In this document: positions 19,529 to 29,463 of the stretch, in pieces | Numbering within the stretch: position 1 is the stretch's first letter | Layout: every line of letters begins with the position of its first letter | Source of the DNA: Arcobacteraceae bacterium | GTDB lineage: Bacteria; Campylobacterota; Campylobacteria; Campylobacterales; Arcobacteraceae | Length of the DNA: 64,000 nt | Reading direction: 5' to 3' | Assembly: GCA_963662945.1 (NCBI GenBank) | Contig: OY759974.1 | Span: forward strand, 768,001-832,000 | The notes under the pieces: model-generated | Database searches by the model: none | Told to the model about the DNA's origin: nothing | What the model saw: the letters and a program-made list of their open reading frames with translations, nothing else | Program-made: the position numbers and the translations under genes

Positions 19529-20110
19529 CTATAATAATTTAATATTTTTTGCATCTACAACATTATATTGAATATTATAATTAGTAAGTAAAGAAGTGAT
19601 GTCTAAAAGTTCTTGAATGGCACTATTAGTATACAAATTTTCATCTTTTATAAAAATAGAATCAGTGTCTTCACAATATGAGTAATGACTGAATTTACGT
19701 AATATATCTGATAAAACTGGTTTAATATTTTTAAATGTATCAGTGATCGAATATCTACACTCTTGTATATCAAAATTCTGAATTAAATTATATAATTCAA
19801 TAGTTTGAATTGGTTTGAGTAATCTCTTTTTTCTAAAGTCATTTTTACAATTTTCACAATTTTCCATATTTGCACAATCTAAATTTTCTGCAATAACTAT
19901 TAACTTTTGTTGTGGATTTAATTCTATAATTTGTTTATAAAACTCAAAATATTTCGTAAAATCTATAATTACAATATCAAAACTTTCTTGTCTATACTGC
20001 TCTAGTGTATAGTTTGAAAAAGTTACCTCATATTCAGATTTTTGTTCAATGACTTTTAAAAAATTTTTTATATGTAAATCATCATCAACTAATAATATCT
20101 TCAATTTCAC
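19529..20110 (-). CDS. Atypical receiver-domain protein with a Cys-rich insert
   Basis: GTG start with AAGGA RBS; ILLVDDD, DIVIIDF, LLKPI; insert CANMENCENC. Confidence 0.7.
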   Translation of the reverse strand: MKLKILLVDDDLHIKNFLKVIEQKSEYEVTFSNYTLEQYRQESFDIVIIDFTKYFEFYKQIIELNPQQKLIVIAENLDCANMENCENCKNDFRKKRLLKPIQTIELYNLIQNFDIQECRYSITDTFKNIKPVLSDILRKFSHYSYCEDTDSIFIKDENLYTNSAIQELLDITSLLTNYNIQYNVVDAKNIKLL

Positions 20111-20272
20111 ATCCTTTATTTATACAATTATTTTATCATAAAGTAGTCTTTAAATAGTCTCAACAAATTTTATTGAATTAAAAACAATAGATTTTCAGAA
20201 ATATAATCATATAAGCTTCTTATTTAGAGTATTTCGATAAAATAATCTACTTAAAAAATAAAGGAATACAAT

Positions 20273-21313
20273 TTGAAAATTATATTTACATTGGTATTAT
20301 TTTTATCAACAATTGTTGCGCAAACTACCTTATGTTATAAAAACAGTACACTAGAAGCCACAATAGAAAATGATGTACTCTTAGATGGTGGTGAATGTTT
20401 AAGTAGCTATTCAAAAAAAGATATGATACGTGATGGTTGGAAACTTACAAGTTATAACTCTGTAAAAAAAGAGGATAAATATAACCATATTTTTGTATTT
20501 TCAAAGCAAGATACATCTACAGTAAGAACATTACCAAAACTTTTTTATAAAAAAACATATACAAAAATTTATGATACAACTGCTGATACTGCAAAAATTG
20601 ATTTAGCATATCTTAAAGTGGGACAAAGTGGTGCAATAGTACAACAAGTTGGTGATAAATATCTTATCGTATCTTCTGCCACAGTTATAGATAGTAATAA
20701 AGATGGTTCTACAATCAAGTTTATAGATATAGACTTACTCAAACAAGAAGCTTTACCTACATCAACTTTAAAACCAAAAGAAGGTGATACATTTGTATTA
20801 AACCATCTTTACAATACAAGCTTATTAATTGTTCCAAATTCAAAAGCAAAAAAAATGATTTTAGAAAATTATAAAAAACAAAATTTCTTAAGTGAAGACT
20901 TCTTTGCTTCTTATTTAAAACTTGAACATACACCAATTCCTTCAAAAGATGATATTACAAATTTTTGTAAAAATCAACAAATAGGAACTATTTATATTGT
21001 TATCAAAAATCAACTTTATATTGTAGATGCACTATCATTTGCAATTATAGATACAATTGATGTAGCTGTTAATGATTCAAGAACGCAAATGCCATTTTAT
21101 ACAAAAATTGAAGAGATTGAAAGTAGTATGTTTGACATAGATTCTACACTTGGAACTGTAACAAATATAGTTAAAAAATTAAATCTTTATGACCCTGATT
21201 ATAAGCCAAATGAAAATCAATATGAAAAACCAAAAGATCCTGCATTACTTGATAAAAATGCAAAACTTGATGATTATAATCAACACTATTTAAATATGTT
21301 AGGTAAACTGTAA
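20273..21313 (+). CDS. Exported plasminogen-binding protein (PgbA) N-terminal-domain-like protein
   Basis: Signal peptide; LKVGQSGAIV, LKQEALPT...PKEGD...NHLY...LLIVPN, IVDALSF; adjacent to glcD. Confidence 0.7.
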   Translation: MKIIFTLVLFLSTIVAQTTLCYKNSTLEATIENDVLLDGGECLSSYSKKDMIRDGWKLTSYNSVKKEDKYNHIFVFSKQDTSTVRTLPKLFYKKTYTKIYDTTADTAKIDLAYLKVGQSGAIVQQVGDKYLIVSSATVIDSNKDGSTIKFIDIDLLKQEALPTSTLKPKEGDTFVLNHLYNTSLLIVPNSKAKKMILENYKKQNFLSEDFFASYLKLEHTPIPSKDDITNFCKNQQIGTIYIVIKNQLYIVDALSFAIIDTIDVAVNDSRTQMPFYTKIEEIESSMFDIDSTLGTVTNIVKKLNLYDPDYKPNENQYEKPKDPALLDKNAKLDDYNQHYLNMLGKL

Positions 21314-22701
21314 TGATAGAAAAATCACATTTAGATACATTTGTACAAATTGTTGGGGAAGAAAATGTTAAAAGTGATAAAGCACACTTAATAGCATATT
21401 GTTATGATGCTACAAAAACTAGATTTGAACCAGATACTGTATTATTTCCAAAAAATGAAAATGAAATTAGTGCTATTTTAAAATATTGTAATGAACATAA
21501 AATTATCGTAGTGCCAAGAGGTGCAGGAAGTGGCTTTACAGGAGGCGCCCTTCCCGCTAGTGGTGGAATCATTCTCAGTCTTGAACGACATATGAATAAA
21601 TTACTTGAGATTGATATGCAAAATATGGTTGCTGTAGTACAACCTGGACTTATTAATATGCAACTACAAAAAGCTGTTGAAGAAGTTGGATTATTTTATC
21701 CACCAGATCCTGCAAGTGAAGAGTATAGTACACTTGGTGGGAACGTAAGTGAAAATGCTGGTGGTATGAGAGCCGCTAAATATGGTATAACAAAAGATTA
21801 CGTTATGGCATTAAGAGCTGTTTTACCAAATGGAGATATTATCCAAGCTGGTAAAAAAACTATCAAAGATGTTGCTGGATATAATATAGCTGGTATTTTA
21901 ACTGCAAGTGAAGGAACACTAGCTGTTATTACAGAGATTACACTTAAACTTATTCCAAAACCAAAACATAAACAAACATATATGGGAATTTTTCCAGATG
22001 TAACAAGTGCTATGAATGCAGTTTTTAAATCTCTTGCAAGTGGAGCTAATCCTGTTGCTATGGAGTTTTTAGATGCATTAGTTATTCAAGCATTAAGAGA
22101 AAAACTTCATGTGAACTTACCAGAACATGCAGGTGCCGTTTTGGTTGGTGATGTAGATGGAAACTTAACAGATGAAGTAAAATTTCAACTTGAAACATTA
22201 GAAGCCTCATTTAAAGAAAATGGTGCTACTGATTTTATAATTGCACAAGATGATACTCATGCAAAAGAGTTATGGTATGCAAGAAGAAATGCCAGCCCAT
22301 CTATTACAATATTTGGAACTAAAAAATTAAACGAAGATATTTCAGTCCCAAGAAGTAAATTACCAGAAGCCTTGGAAGAAATCTATAAAATAGGTGATAA
22401 ATATGGTTTACAAGTTCCTTGTTTTGGACATGCTGGAGATGGAAATATCCATGTAAATGTTATGGTAAAAGACAAAGATGATGCGAAACAAATGGAAGAA
22501 GGACATAAAGCAATTGAAGAGATTTTCCAACTTGTAGTTGATATGGGTGGTACGTTAAGTGGAGAGCATGGTATAGGTACTGCAAAAGCTCCATATATGA
22601 ATATAGCTTTTAATGAAGCAGAGATGAACCTTTTTAAAAATATCAAAAAAGCTTTCGATCCAAATAATATTCTTAATCCATTTAAAATGGGTTTAGAATA
22701 A
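21313..22701 (+). CDS. glcD: FAD-linked oxidase, glycolate oxidase subunit D family
   Basis: PRGAGSGFTGG, YPPDPAS, NAGGMRAAKYG, GHAGDGNIH, SGEHGIG, DPNNILNP. Confidence 0.9.
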   Translation: MIEKSHLDTFVQIVGEENVKSDKAHLIAYCYDATKTRFEPDTVLFPKNENEISAILKYCNEHKIIVVPRGAGSGFTGGALPASGGIILSLERHMNKLLEIDMQNMVAVVQPGLINMQLQKAVEEVGLFYPPDPASEEYSTLGGNVSENAGGMRAAKYGITKDYVMALRAVLPNGDIIQAGKKTIKDVAGYNIAGILTASEGTLAVITEITLKLIPKPKHKQTYMGIFPDVTSAMNAVFKSLASGANPVAMEFLDALVIQALREKLHVNLPEHAGAVLVGDVDGNLTDEVKFQLETLEASFKENGATDFIIAQDDTHAKELWYARRNASPSITIFGTKKLNEDISVPRSKLPEALEEIYKIGDKYGLQVPCFGHAGDGNIHVNVMVKDKDDAKQMEEGHKAIEEIFQLVVDMGGTLSGEHGIGTAKAPYMNIAFNEAEMNLFKNIKKAFDPNNILNPFKMGLE

Positions 22702-22714
22702 ACTAGGTCTATAA

Positions 22715-23476
22715 TTGAAAGAGTGGTTTTCAAAAATATACAATTTTTTTGATGATGAGATACCTTACCACTCTGCAAGTTTAAGTTTTTTTACAATATT
22801 TTCCATTCTTCCTCTTTTGGCTTTACTTATTGTTGTTGTTTCAAGTTTACCCTCTTTTCAAAGTAATAGTGAACAAATGATGTTATATATATTAGACTTT
22901 ATAAATCCTACTCATTCTCAAAATTTATCAAATTCAATTGATAAGTTTTTACAAAATACTGATAAATTAGGTTCTATTGGTATCTTTTATCTCCTTTTTG
23001 TATTTACTATGTTTTTTCGAGACTATGAATATATTGTCAACAAAATTTATGGTACAGAAACACGTGCTGTCTATAAACTATTTTTTTTATATTTAAGTTT
23101 TTTGATACTTATTCCTATATTTTTTCTTATTTATATTTTTTTATCAACATTCATTAATTTTACATTTTCAGGACACATCATTGCTTTTATTTTTTTATGG
23201 CTATTGTTTATTATTTTATTTATACTCTCTGCTAATACTCATGTAAAAATTTTTGCTGCAGCAACTTCAAGTTTAGTGACACTACTCGCATTAAGTGTTA
23301 CAAAAAGTTTGTTTGGATATTATGTCACTGTAAATACAACCTATACTACTATTTACGGTTCATTTAGTGTTATATTATTTTTCTTTTTATGGATATATAT
23401 TTCTTGGAATATATATTTATATGGAACCAAAATATGTTGTATTTTAAACCAAAGGGAATTAGAAAATGAAAATTAA
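22715..23476 (+). CDS. YihY/BrkB family membrane protein
   Basis: ASLSFFTIFSILP, YTTIYGSFS...LWIYISW; TTG start. Confidence 0.88.
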   Translation: MKEWFSKIYNFFDDEIPYHSASLSFFTIFSILPLLALLIVVVSSLPSFQSNSEQMMLYILDFINPTHSQNLSNSIDKFLQNTDKLGSIGIFYLLFVFTMFFRDYEYIVNKIYGTETRAVYKLFFLYLSFLILIPIFFLIYIFLSTFINFTFSGHIIAFIFLWLLFIILFILSANTHVKIFAAATSSLVTLLALSVTKSLFGYYVTVNTTYTTIYGSFSVILFFFLWIYISWNIYLYGTKICCILNQRELENEN

Positions 23477-24203
23477 ATTTATACTAGTATTATTATCACT
23501 TTTTTCTCTTAGCTTATTTGCAGCAGAAGATACACCACTTGTAAATCTTTCAGTAGCAGCAGTAGAAAACCCAGCACAATTTGTAAAAACAATTAATATT
23601 GCTATTATTTTAATGCTTTTTGTACTTGCACCAACATTACTCCTAATGGTTACAAGCTTTACGAGACTTATTATTGTTTTTGGGCTTTTAAGACAAGCAT
23701 TAGGATTACAACAATCGCCACCAAATCAAATTATTATATCACTGAGTCTTATATTAACTTTTTTTATTATGGAACCTTATGCAAAAAAAGCTTGGGAAAA
23801 TGGGATACAACCATATATGAATGAAACTATCAATTATGAAGTTGCATTTGATGAATCAGTCGGTCCATTTAAAGAATTTATGATAAAAAATACACGAGAA
23901 AAAGACTTAGCATTATTTTACCGTATTAAAAAAGAAGAAAATCCAAAAAACATTGCAGATGTCTCATTAACATTACTTATGCCTGCATTTGTTGTGAGTG
24001 AATTAAGAACTGCTTTTGAAATAGGTTTTTTAGTTTTTTTACCTTTCTTAGTAATTGATATTATTGTTGCTTCTATTTTAATGAGTCTAGGTATGATGAT
24101 GCTTCCACCCGTTATGATCTCCTTACCAATTAAGCTTATTTTCTTCATTATTATAGATGGTTGGCATTTAATTATTGGAAACCTTGCACAGTCATTTAAG
24201 TAG
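23466..24203 (+). CDS. fliP: Flagellar export apparatus protein FliP
   Basis: TSFTRLIIV, ALGLQQSPPNQ, PAFVVSEL...AFEIGF, GMMMLPP...SLPIKL...DGW. Confidence 0.97.
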   Translation: MKIKFILVLLSLFSLSLFAAEDTPLVNLSVAAVENPAQFVKTINIAIILMLFVLAPTLLLMVTSFTRLIIVFGLLRQALGLQQSPPNQIIISLSLILTFFIMEPYAKKAWENGIQPYMNETINYEVAFDESVGPFKEFMIKNTREKDLALFYRIKKEENPKNIADVSLTLLMPAFVVSELRTAFEIGFLVFLPFLVIDIIVASILMSLGMMMLPPVMISLPIKLIFFIIIDGWHLIIGNLAQSFK

Positions 24204-24344
24204 CTTTTAAGACTTTTATAAGACTTTTTTCTCTTTTTATTTCTTTTTTATATACTTTAACATTATTTTATACTATTATCTTTACTTATATAATAAAATA
24301 ATATATAATAACTTTATCTTATATATTAACATAAAGGATTTGTC

Positions 24345-24671
24345 ATGAGTATAGATGAAAGTAGTTTTGATTATAAAGTTTCATTAGCATTAAATAGTCA
24401 AGATGTAAATATCTTAAAAAAACTCAAAAATGATTTCTCAGCAGTTATTAGAAAATCAGTGGCACAAAATCTAAATGCTACACAAGAGATATTGCATGAA
24501 CTAGTATTTGATCCTGTACTAAATGTTTCATATTTAGCAAGTAGACATCCTAACTGTACAATTGAAAGAGATTTTGAAAATACAAATCATCCTTGTGTTC
24601 GATGTAAAGATGATTTTATTAAAATTGAAAACTGTAATAATTGTAAAAAACTTTCTTGCTTTAATTACTAA
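24345..24671 (+). CDS. Small protein with LRV/HEAT-like repeats and a C-terminal Cys cluster
   Basis: IRKSVAQNLNATQEILHELVFDPVLNVSYLASRHPNC; HPCVRC...NCNNC; AAGGA RBS. Confidence 0.6.
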   Translation: MSIDESSFDYKVSLALNSQDVNILKKLKNDFSAVIRKSVAQNLNATQEILHELVFDPVLNVSYLASRHPNCTIERDFENTNHPCVRCKDDFIKIENCNNCKKLSCFNY

Positions 24672-24674
24672 ATT

Positions 24675-26243
24675 TTATAGTATTTCATCTATTGCTAAGG
24701 GTCTACTAAAATAGTACCCTTGGGAATAATCAATTCCCAATTTTTGAACTAAACCATGTATGGTTTCGTTTTCTACAAACTCTGCAACAGTTTTAATATT
24801 ATACATTTTTGCAAATTCAACAACTGTTTGTACAACGTCAAAATCTTTTTTATTTTCTATATTTCTGATTAAAGAACCATCTATTTTTAAAAAATCAGGT
24901 TCAAGTCTTGCTAAATAGGAAAAATTAGAATATCCTGTACCAAAATCGTCTATTGAAATTTTTGCCCCATAACTTTTGATAGTATTAACAAATTTATGAA
25001 ATAATACATCATCTTCAATACCTTCTGTTTCTACAAGTTCAAACGTAATATTTTGATTATTTTCATTTTTACTTAATAACTCAATAATTAAATTAAATGT
25101 ACGTATATTTGCAATATCTTCTATGGTAATATTAATACTAATACCTAACCCATTTAATTGATTAATAGTGTGAAAACTTTTTTTGAGTATTGCTCTAGTA
25201 ATTTTATGATAGTATTTTATCTTTTTTGATATATCTATAAATGATATTGGTGAAACTATTTTGTTATTTTTAATTAACCTAGCTAAAGCTTCATATTTTA
25301 TAATTTGTCCACTTTTATTATCAATAATAGGTTGAAAATAAGGAATAATTTGATCTTCTTTAATAGCTTTTTTAATATCAGTGGCAAGTTCTTTATTAAT
25401 CTCGAAATTTGCAAACTTTTCTAATAATTCAGTTTTATAAACAGCATAGCTATAGTTTCTGTCTTTTGCATCTTTAAAAGCTAAATTTGCATTTCGTAAA
25501 CAATATCTATCTCCAATACTTATACCAGAAGTTGCTGTGATTAAAATTTCTAAACCATCAATATAATATGTATTTTCAAATATTGATTTAAGTTTATATT
25601 TAAAGACATCAATCAATTTTTGCTCTTCATAATTTTGTGGAACTTGCTTTAAAATGGCAAACTCATCACCTTGTAATCGATATATCAAACTTCCTTTAAA
25701 AACTTTTTTTAATCTATTGGCCGTTTCTTTTATAACATCATCACCTGTAAATCCACCGTAAAACTCTGTTATATCTGAAAAATTGTCAATGTTAACAACT
25801 GCACAGATATAACTTTTTGTCGGATCAAGATCACTCTTAAGCATATCTCTATTACGTAATCCTGTAAGTTGATCAAAAGTGATTAAATCGATATAGTAAG
25901 TAATATCCGAACTAAAAGAAACATATTCTAAAATTTCACCCTGTTCATTTTTAAAAGGATAAATTACAGTATCTAAATAAAAATCTGTTCCATCTTTAGC
26001 AATATTTTTAAAAATACCTTTCCAAATATTTCCTTTAGTTATTGTATTCCACAAATCTTCATAAAATAAAGGTGAGGTATCTTTTGACTTGAATATATTA
26101 TGTGTATTTCCTATAATATCATTTAATTCATAGCCACTTAGCGCAATATAATTATCATTGATAAATTGTATTTTACCATTTAAATCTGTTTTTGTAACAA
26201 ATCCAGTATCATGTATAATATTTTTATATAAATTATTAATCAT
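24675..26243 (-). CDS. PAS-GGDEF-EAL protein, likely c-di-GMP phosphodiesterase
   Basis: PAS (TKTDLNGKIQFIND), degenerate QGDEF, intact YEALARL, IDDFGTGYSN, LKIDGS, VAEFVE, SQGYY. Confidence 0.92.
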   Translation of the reverse strand: MINNLYKNIIHDTGFVTKTDLNGKIQFINDNYIALSGYELNDIIGNTHNIFKSKDTSPLFYEDLWNTITKGNIWKGIFKNIAKDGTDFYLDTVIYPFKNEQGEILEYVSFSSDITYYIDLITFDQLTGLRNRDMLKSDLDPTKSYICAVVNIDNFSDITEFYGGFTGDDVIKETANRLKKVFKGSLIYRLQGDEFAILKQVPQNYEEQKLIDVFKYKLKSIFENTYYIDGLEILITATSGISIGDRYCLRNANLAFKDAKDRNYSYAVYKTELLEKFANFEINKELATDIKKAIKEDQIIPYFQPIIDNKSGQIIKYEALARLIKNNKIVSPISFIDISKKIKYYHKITRAILKKSFHTINQLNGLGISINITIEDIANIRTFNLIIELLSKNENNQNITFELVETEGIEDDVLFHKFVNTIKSYGAKISIDDFGTGYSNFSYLARLEPDFLKIDGSLIRNIENKKDFDVVQTVVEFAKMYNIKTVAEFVENETIHGLVQKLGIDYSQGYYFSRPLAIDEIL

Positions 26244-26246
26244 ATT

Positions 26247-26819
26247 CTAAAATTTTTTTCTCAATTCAATTCGTAAATATCTTGGAAATTCTTCAATAAT
26301 ATCTTTATCTATTGATAAAGGGAATATTTTTGTTATATTTTCTTTATTATGCTCGAATAATTTTTCATTACCATCCACAAAAGTCAATTGTTCATAATCA
26401 CCAGACTTTAATAATGTAATTCGAATTTTTAAATACTCATTTTCTGTAGTTGCATTAGTATCTAAATTGTAATTTATATTATCTGCAATATTGTTTTCTG
26501 TAGTAGCTATAAATTGTTTTAGTTTTTGTATATCAACTTTTTTTTCAGTATTTTCAAGAATAAGTTTTTCTTCTGGATTAGCTTCTATTTTGACTTCTTC
26601 TTGACTTTGTGTTTGATTTGAATCTTCTGGCTGAATATTTACTAAGGGTTCTTCAATTTGATGATTTATAGTTGTAGATGCAGCATTTTGTTCTGGGACT
26701 ATTTCTTTTTCATTTAACATAGAATTTGAAATAAAGTAATATACAACTGAGATGATAGCAATAACTACAACTGAGATGATTGTATCTTCTACAAAACTTT
26801 TCATTTTACCATTCATCAT
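26247..26819 (-). CDS. Single-TM protein with acidic linker and TonB/TolA C-terminal-like domain
   Basis: LKIRITLLKSGDYEQLTFVDG...IFPL resembles the C-terminus of the TonB at 58832 (VKIQFTISKDGELLSYKILDG...SFPL). Confidence 0.5.
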   Translation of the reverse strand: MMNGKMKSFVEDTIISVVVIAIISVVYYFISNSMLNEKEIVPEQNAASTTINHQIEEPLVNIQPEDSNQTQSQEEVKIEANPEEKLILENTEKKVDIQKLKQFIATTENNIADNINYNLDTNATTENEYLKIRITLLKSGDYEQLTFVDGNEKLFEHNKENITKIFPLSIDKDIIEEFPRYLRIELRKKF

Positions 26820-26825
26820 AAATCC

Positions 26826-27020
26826 TTAGTGAGAAAGTTCTTGAAACTCTAATTTTGCTTCATCCAAAAGTTTTTGTGCTGCTTCTAATTCTTTTAAACC
26901 AGCTTTATAAACCTCAACACTTGTACTTAATGTTATTTCAGGGTCAATTAACTTTTCAAGTAATTTTTGCGCCTCTTGAATCTTCTGTTCAAATGAAACT
27001 TTTTCTTGATTTTCACTCAT
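26826..27020 (-). CDS. xseB: Exodeoxyribonuclease VII small subunit
   Basis: SFEQKIQEAQKLLEKL...ITLSTSVEVYKAG...LDEAKL. Confidence 0.88.
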   Translation of the reverse strand: MSENQEKVSFEQKIQEAQKLLEKLIDPEITLSTSVEVYKAGLKELEAAQKLLDEAKLEFQELSH

Positions 27021-28122
27021 ATTTTCCCTCCAACATTTGTATTATCTTATCTTCAAATTTTTCCACTTCTACCAAAAAAGCATCGTGCCCATAATCACTT
27101 TCTATCATATCATAAGTACACTTATCACCATTACCTATTTTATCCATTACACTTTTTATCTCTTCCATTTCACTAGGGAAAAACAACATATCACCACTAA
27201 ATGAAATTAAATGCAATTTACATTGTATCTTTTTCAATACATCCTCTAGTTTGTCACTACCTCTAGCAGCATCGAATATATTGATTGTTTTTACAATATA
27301 AAGATAACTTAATGGATCAAAATTATGTGGAAAATTATAACCATTGTACTCTAAATATCTTTCAACTTCAAATCTTCCAAAAAGTTCATATAAACCATCT
27401 TGTCCAACATAATTTCGTCCAAATTTATCATTCATCGAACCTGTAGCTAAAAAGGATATATGGCCCGCCATTCTTCCAATGGCTAAACCTTTTAATCCAT
27501 TTTCTTTAATATCTTTTGGATCATAATATCCATCTTTAAAATCTGGATCATTTCTAATAGCTTCTATGCCAATTTTATTAAAAGCTATTGTCCAAGGTCT
27601 TGTATATGCAGTTGTGGCAAGAGGAATAACAATATCAGCAAAAGTAGGATATTCTATAGCATAACAAAGTGCTTGCATTCCACCCATACTTCCACCTACA
27701 ATAGCTTTTACATGCTTTATTCCCAATTTATCCCACAATGTTTTTTGAGCTTTAACAATATCACTAATTGTTAAAACAGGAAATTTAAATCTGTATGGTT
27801 TACCATTTTTATCTAAACTCATAGGTCCTGTTGATCCAAAACAAGAACCTATATTATTTGTAGTAATTACAAAATATTTTGTTGTATCTATAGCTTTTCC
27901 ATCACCAATTAAATCATCCCAATAACCAGGTTTTCTATCTCCTTTATAAAAACCAGCCGCATGATGAGAGCCTGTTAATGCATGAGTGATAATAATAATA
28001 TTTGATTTTTCCTCATTCATTTCTCCATAAGTCTCATACATAATTTCATAAGACTCTAAAAGCCGACCACTTTCAAGGTAAAGTGGTTTATTAAATGATG
28101 CTTTATTGGTTTCTATTTTCAA
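27013..28122 (-). CDS. metX: Homoserine O-acetyltransferase
   Basis: HALTGSHHAAG, GSCFGSTGP, GGSMGGMQ, DMLF, YGHDAFL; TTG start. Confidence 0.95.
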   Translation of the reverse strand: MKIETNKASFNKPLYLESGRLLESYEIMYETYGEMNEEKSNIIIITHALTGSHHAAGFYKGDRKPGYWDDLIGDGKAIDTTKYFVITTNNIGSCFGSTGPMSLDKNGKPYRFKFPVLTISDIVKAQKTLWDKLGIKHVKAIVGGSMGGMQALCYAIEYPTFADIVIPLATTAYTRPWTIAFNKIGIEAIRNDPDFKDGYYDPKDIKENGLKGLAIGRMAGHISFLATGSMNDKFGRNYVGQDGLYELFGRFEVERYLEYNGYNFPHNFDPLSYLYIVKTINIFDAARGSDKLEDVLKKIQCKLHLISFSGDMLFFPSEMEEIKSVMDKIGNGDKCTYDMIESDYGHDAFLVEVEKFEDKIIQMLEGKYE

Positions 28123-28125
28123 ATA

Positions 28126-29385
28126 CTAACCTAGTGCTTTTGTTAAATCAGCTATCAAATCCTCAGGATTTTCAAGACCAATACTCAATCGAATCAAACC
28201 TGCTCCAATTTTTGCTTGTGCTAATTCTTCTTCACTTAATTGTTGATGTGTTGTTGATGCAGGATGTGTGATAATTGATTTACTGTCTCCTATGTTCACA
28301 ACCACACTAAAAATATCAACACCATCAACTATTTTTTTTGCAGCCTCTAATGTCTCAACTTCAAAGCTTAATAAGCCGCTATTTCCACCTTGTAAGTATT
28401 TTACTGCTCTTTCATAATTAGTATCAGATTGTAATCCAGGATAATTTACTTTTTTTACTTTTGGATGAGATTCTAGGAATTGTGCAACTTTTAATGCACT
28501 GCTACTATGTTGTTTTATTCGAAGACTTAATGTTTCTAATCCTTGAATCATTAACCATGAATTAAATGGACTAGGTGCTGCACCTAAATCTCTCAGTACA
28601 CACAATAAAATTCTCATAATAAAAGGGGGAAAAGGTAAATCACTGTATACTAAACCATGATATGATTCATCTGGTTCATTAAAATGTCTATATCTATCAT
28701 TTCCTTTGATTTTTTCACCACTTGTTGCACTATCAACAATAATACCACCAAGTGCTAATCCTTGTCCTGTTGTATATTTACTTGTACTATGTACAACTAT
28801 ATCACACCCTAAAGTAATTGGGTTACATAACATTGGTGTTGCAACAGTATTATCAACAACTGTTATAATATTATATTTATTTGCAATAGCTACAATAGTT
28901 TCAAAATCAGCTACTTGTAGATTTGGATTTGATAAAGATTCAAATAAAATCATTTTTGTATCTTCATCAATAATTTCTTCTAACGAAGATGGATTTGTCA
29001 CATCAAATTTTCTTGTTTCTATACCAAACCTTTTAATTGTATGGTCTGTTAAAGTTGATGTTCCACCATATACCGCATTGGCTACAAGTATATTGTCCCC
29101 TACTTCACAAAGATTTACAATACAAGAAAAAATAGCACTCATACCACTAGCTGTTGCTATAGCTGCTACTCCTCCTTCAAGTTCTGCGAATCGTTTTTCA
29201 AATACTGCAGACGTTGGATTCATCAATCTTGTATAGATATTTCCGAGTTCTTTTAATGCAAAAAGATTTGCAGCATGCTCACTATCTCTAAACTCATAAG
29301 CTGTACTCATATAAATAGGTACAGCCATAGTTCCTTGAGTATCTTTTTCATACCCAGCATGAAGTGCTATTGTTTCTTTTTGCAT
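28126..29385 (-). CDS. metY: O-acetylhomoserine aminocarboxypropyltransferase
   Basis: GNIYTRLMNPT, YGGT, VDNT, HSTSKY (PLP Lys), NIGDSKSIITHPASTTHQQL. Confidence 0.93.
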   Translation of the reverse strand: MQKETIALHAGYEKDTQGTMAVPIYMSTAYEFRDSEHAANLFALKELGNIYTRLMNPTSAVFEKRFAELEGGVAAIATASGMSAIFSCIVNLCEVGDNILVANAVYGGTSTLTDHTIKRFGIETRKFDVTNPSSLEEIIDEDTKMILFESLSNPNLQVADFETIVAIANKYNIITVVDNTVATPMLCNPITLGCDIVVHSTSKYTTGQGLALGGIIVDSATSGEKIKGNDRYRHFNEPDESYHGLVYSDLPFPPFIMRILLCVLRDLGAAPSPFNSWLMIQGLETLSLRIKQHSSSALKVAQFLESHPKVKKVNYPGLQSDTNYERAVKYLQGGNSGLLSFEVETLEAAKKIVDGVDIFSVVVNIGDSKSIITHPASTTHQQLSEEELAQAKIGAGLIRLSIGLENPEDLIADLTKALG

Positions 29386-29463
29386 TTTTTCTCTCTTTAA
29401 TAAAATTTAATTCTATTTTATCAAAATAATAATTTATACTAAATAAAAATAATAAAATTATTT

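Noticed and set aside
20144-24225. 11-bp-period AGACT repeats at 20144-20160 (minus) and 24208-24225 (plus)
   Set aside because: Only two instances, with inconsistent distance to a -10 box; cannot be separated from chance in AT-rich DNA.
28706-29236. Long antisense or off-frame ORFs in the track (also 619-879, 22383-22778, 40631-40945, 59557-59889, 63774-63989)
   Set aside because: They overlap well-supported genes and show no recognisable motifs; shadow ORFs.
29386-29463. SAM riboswitch or T-box upstream of metY-metX
   Set aside because: The spacer is only 78 nt, almost all A/T, with no consensus elements.
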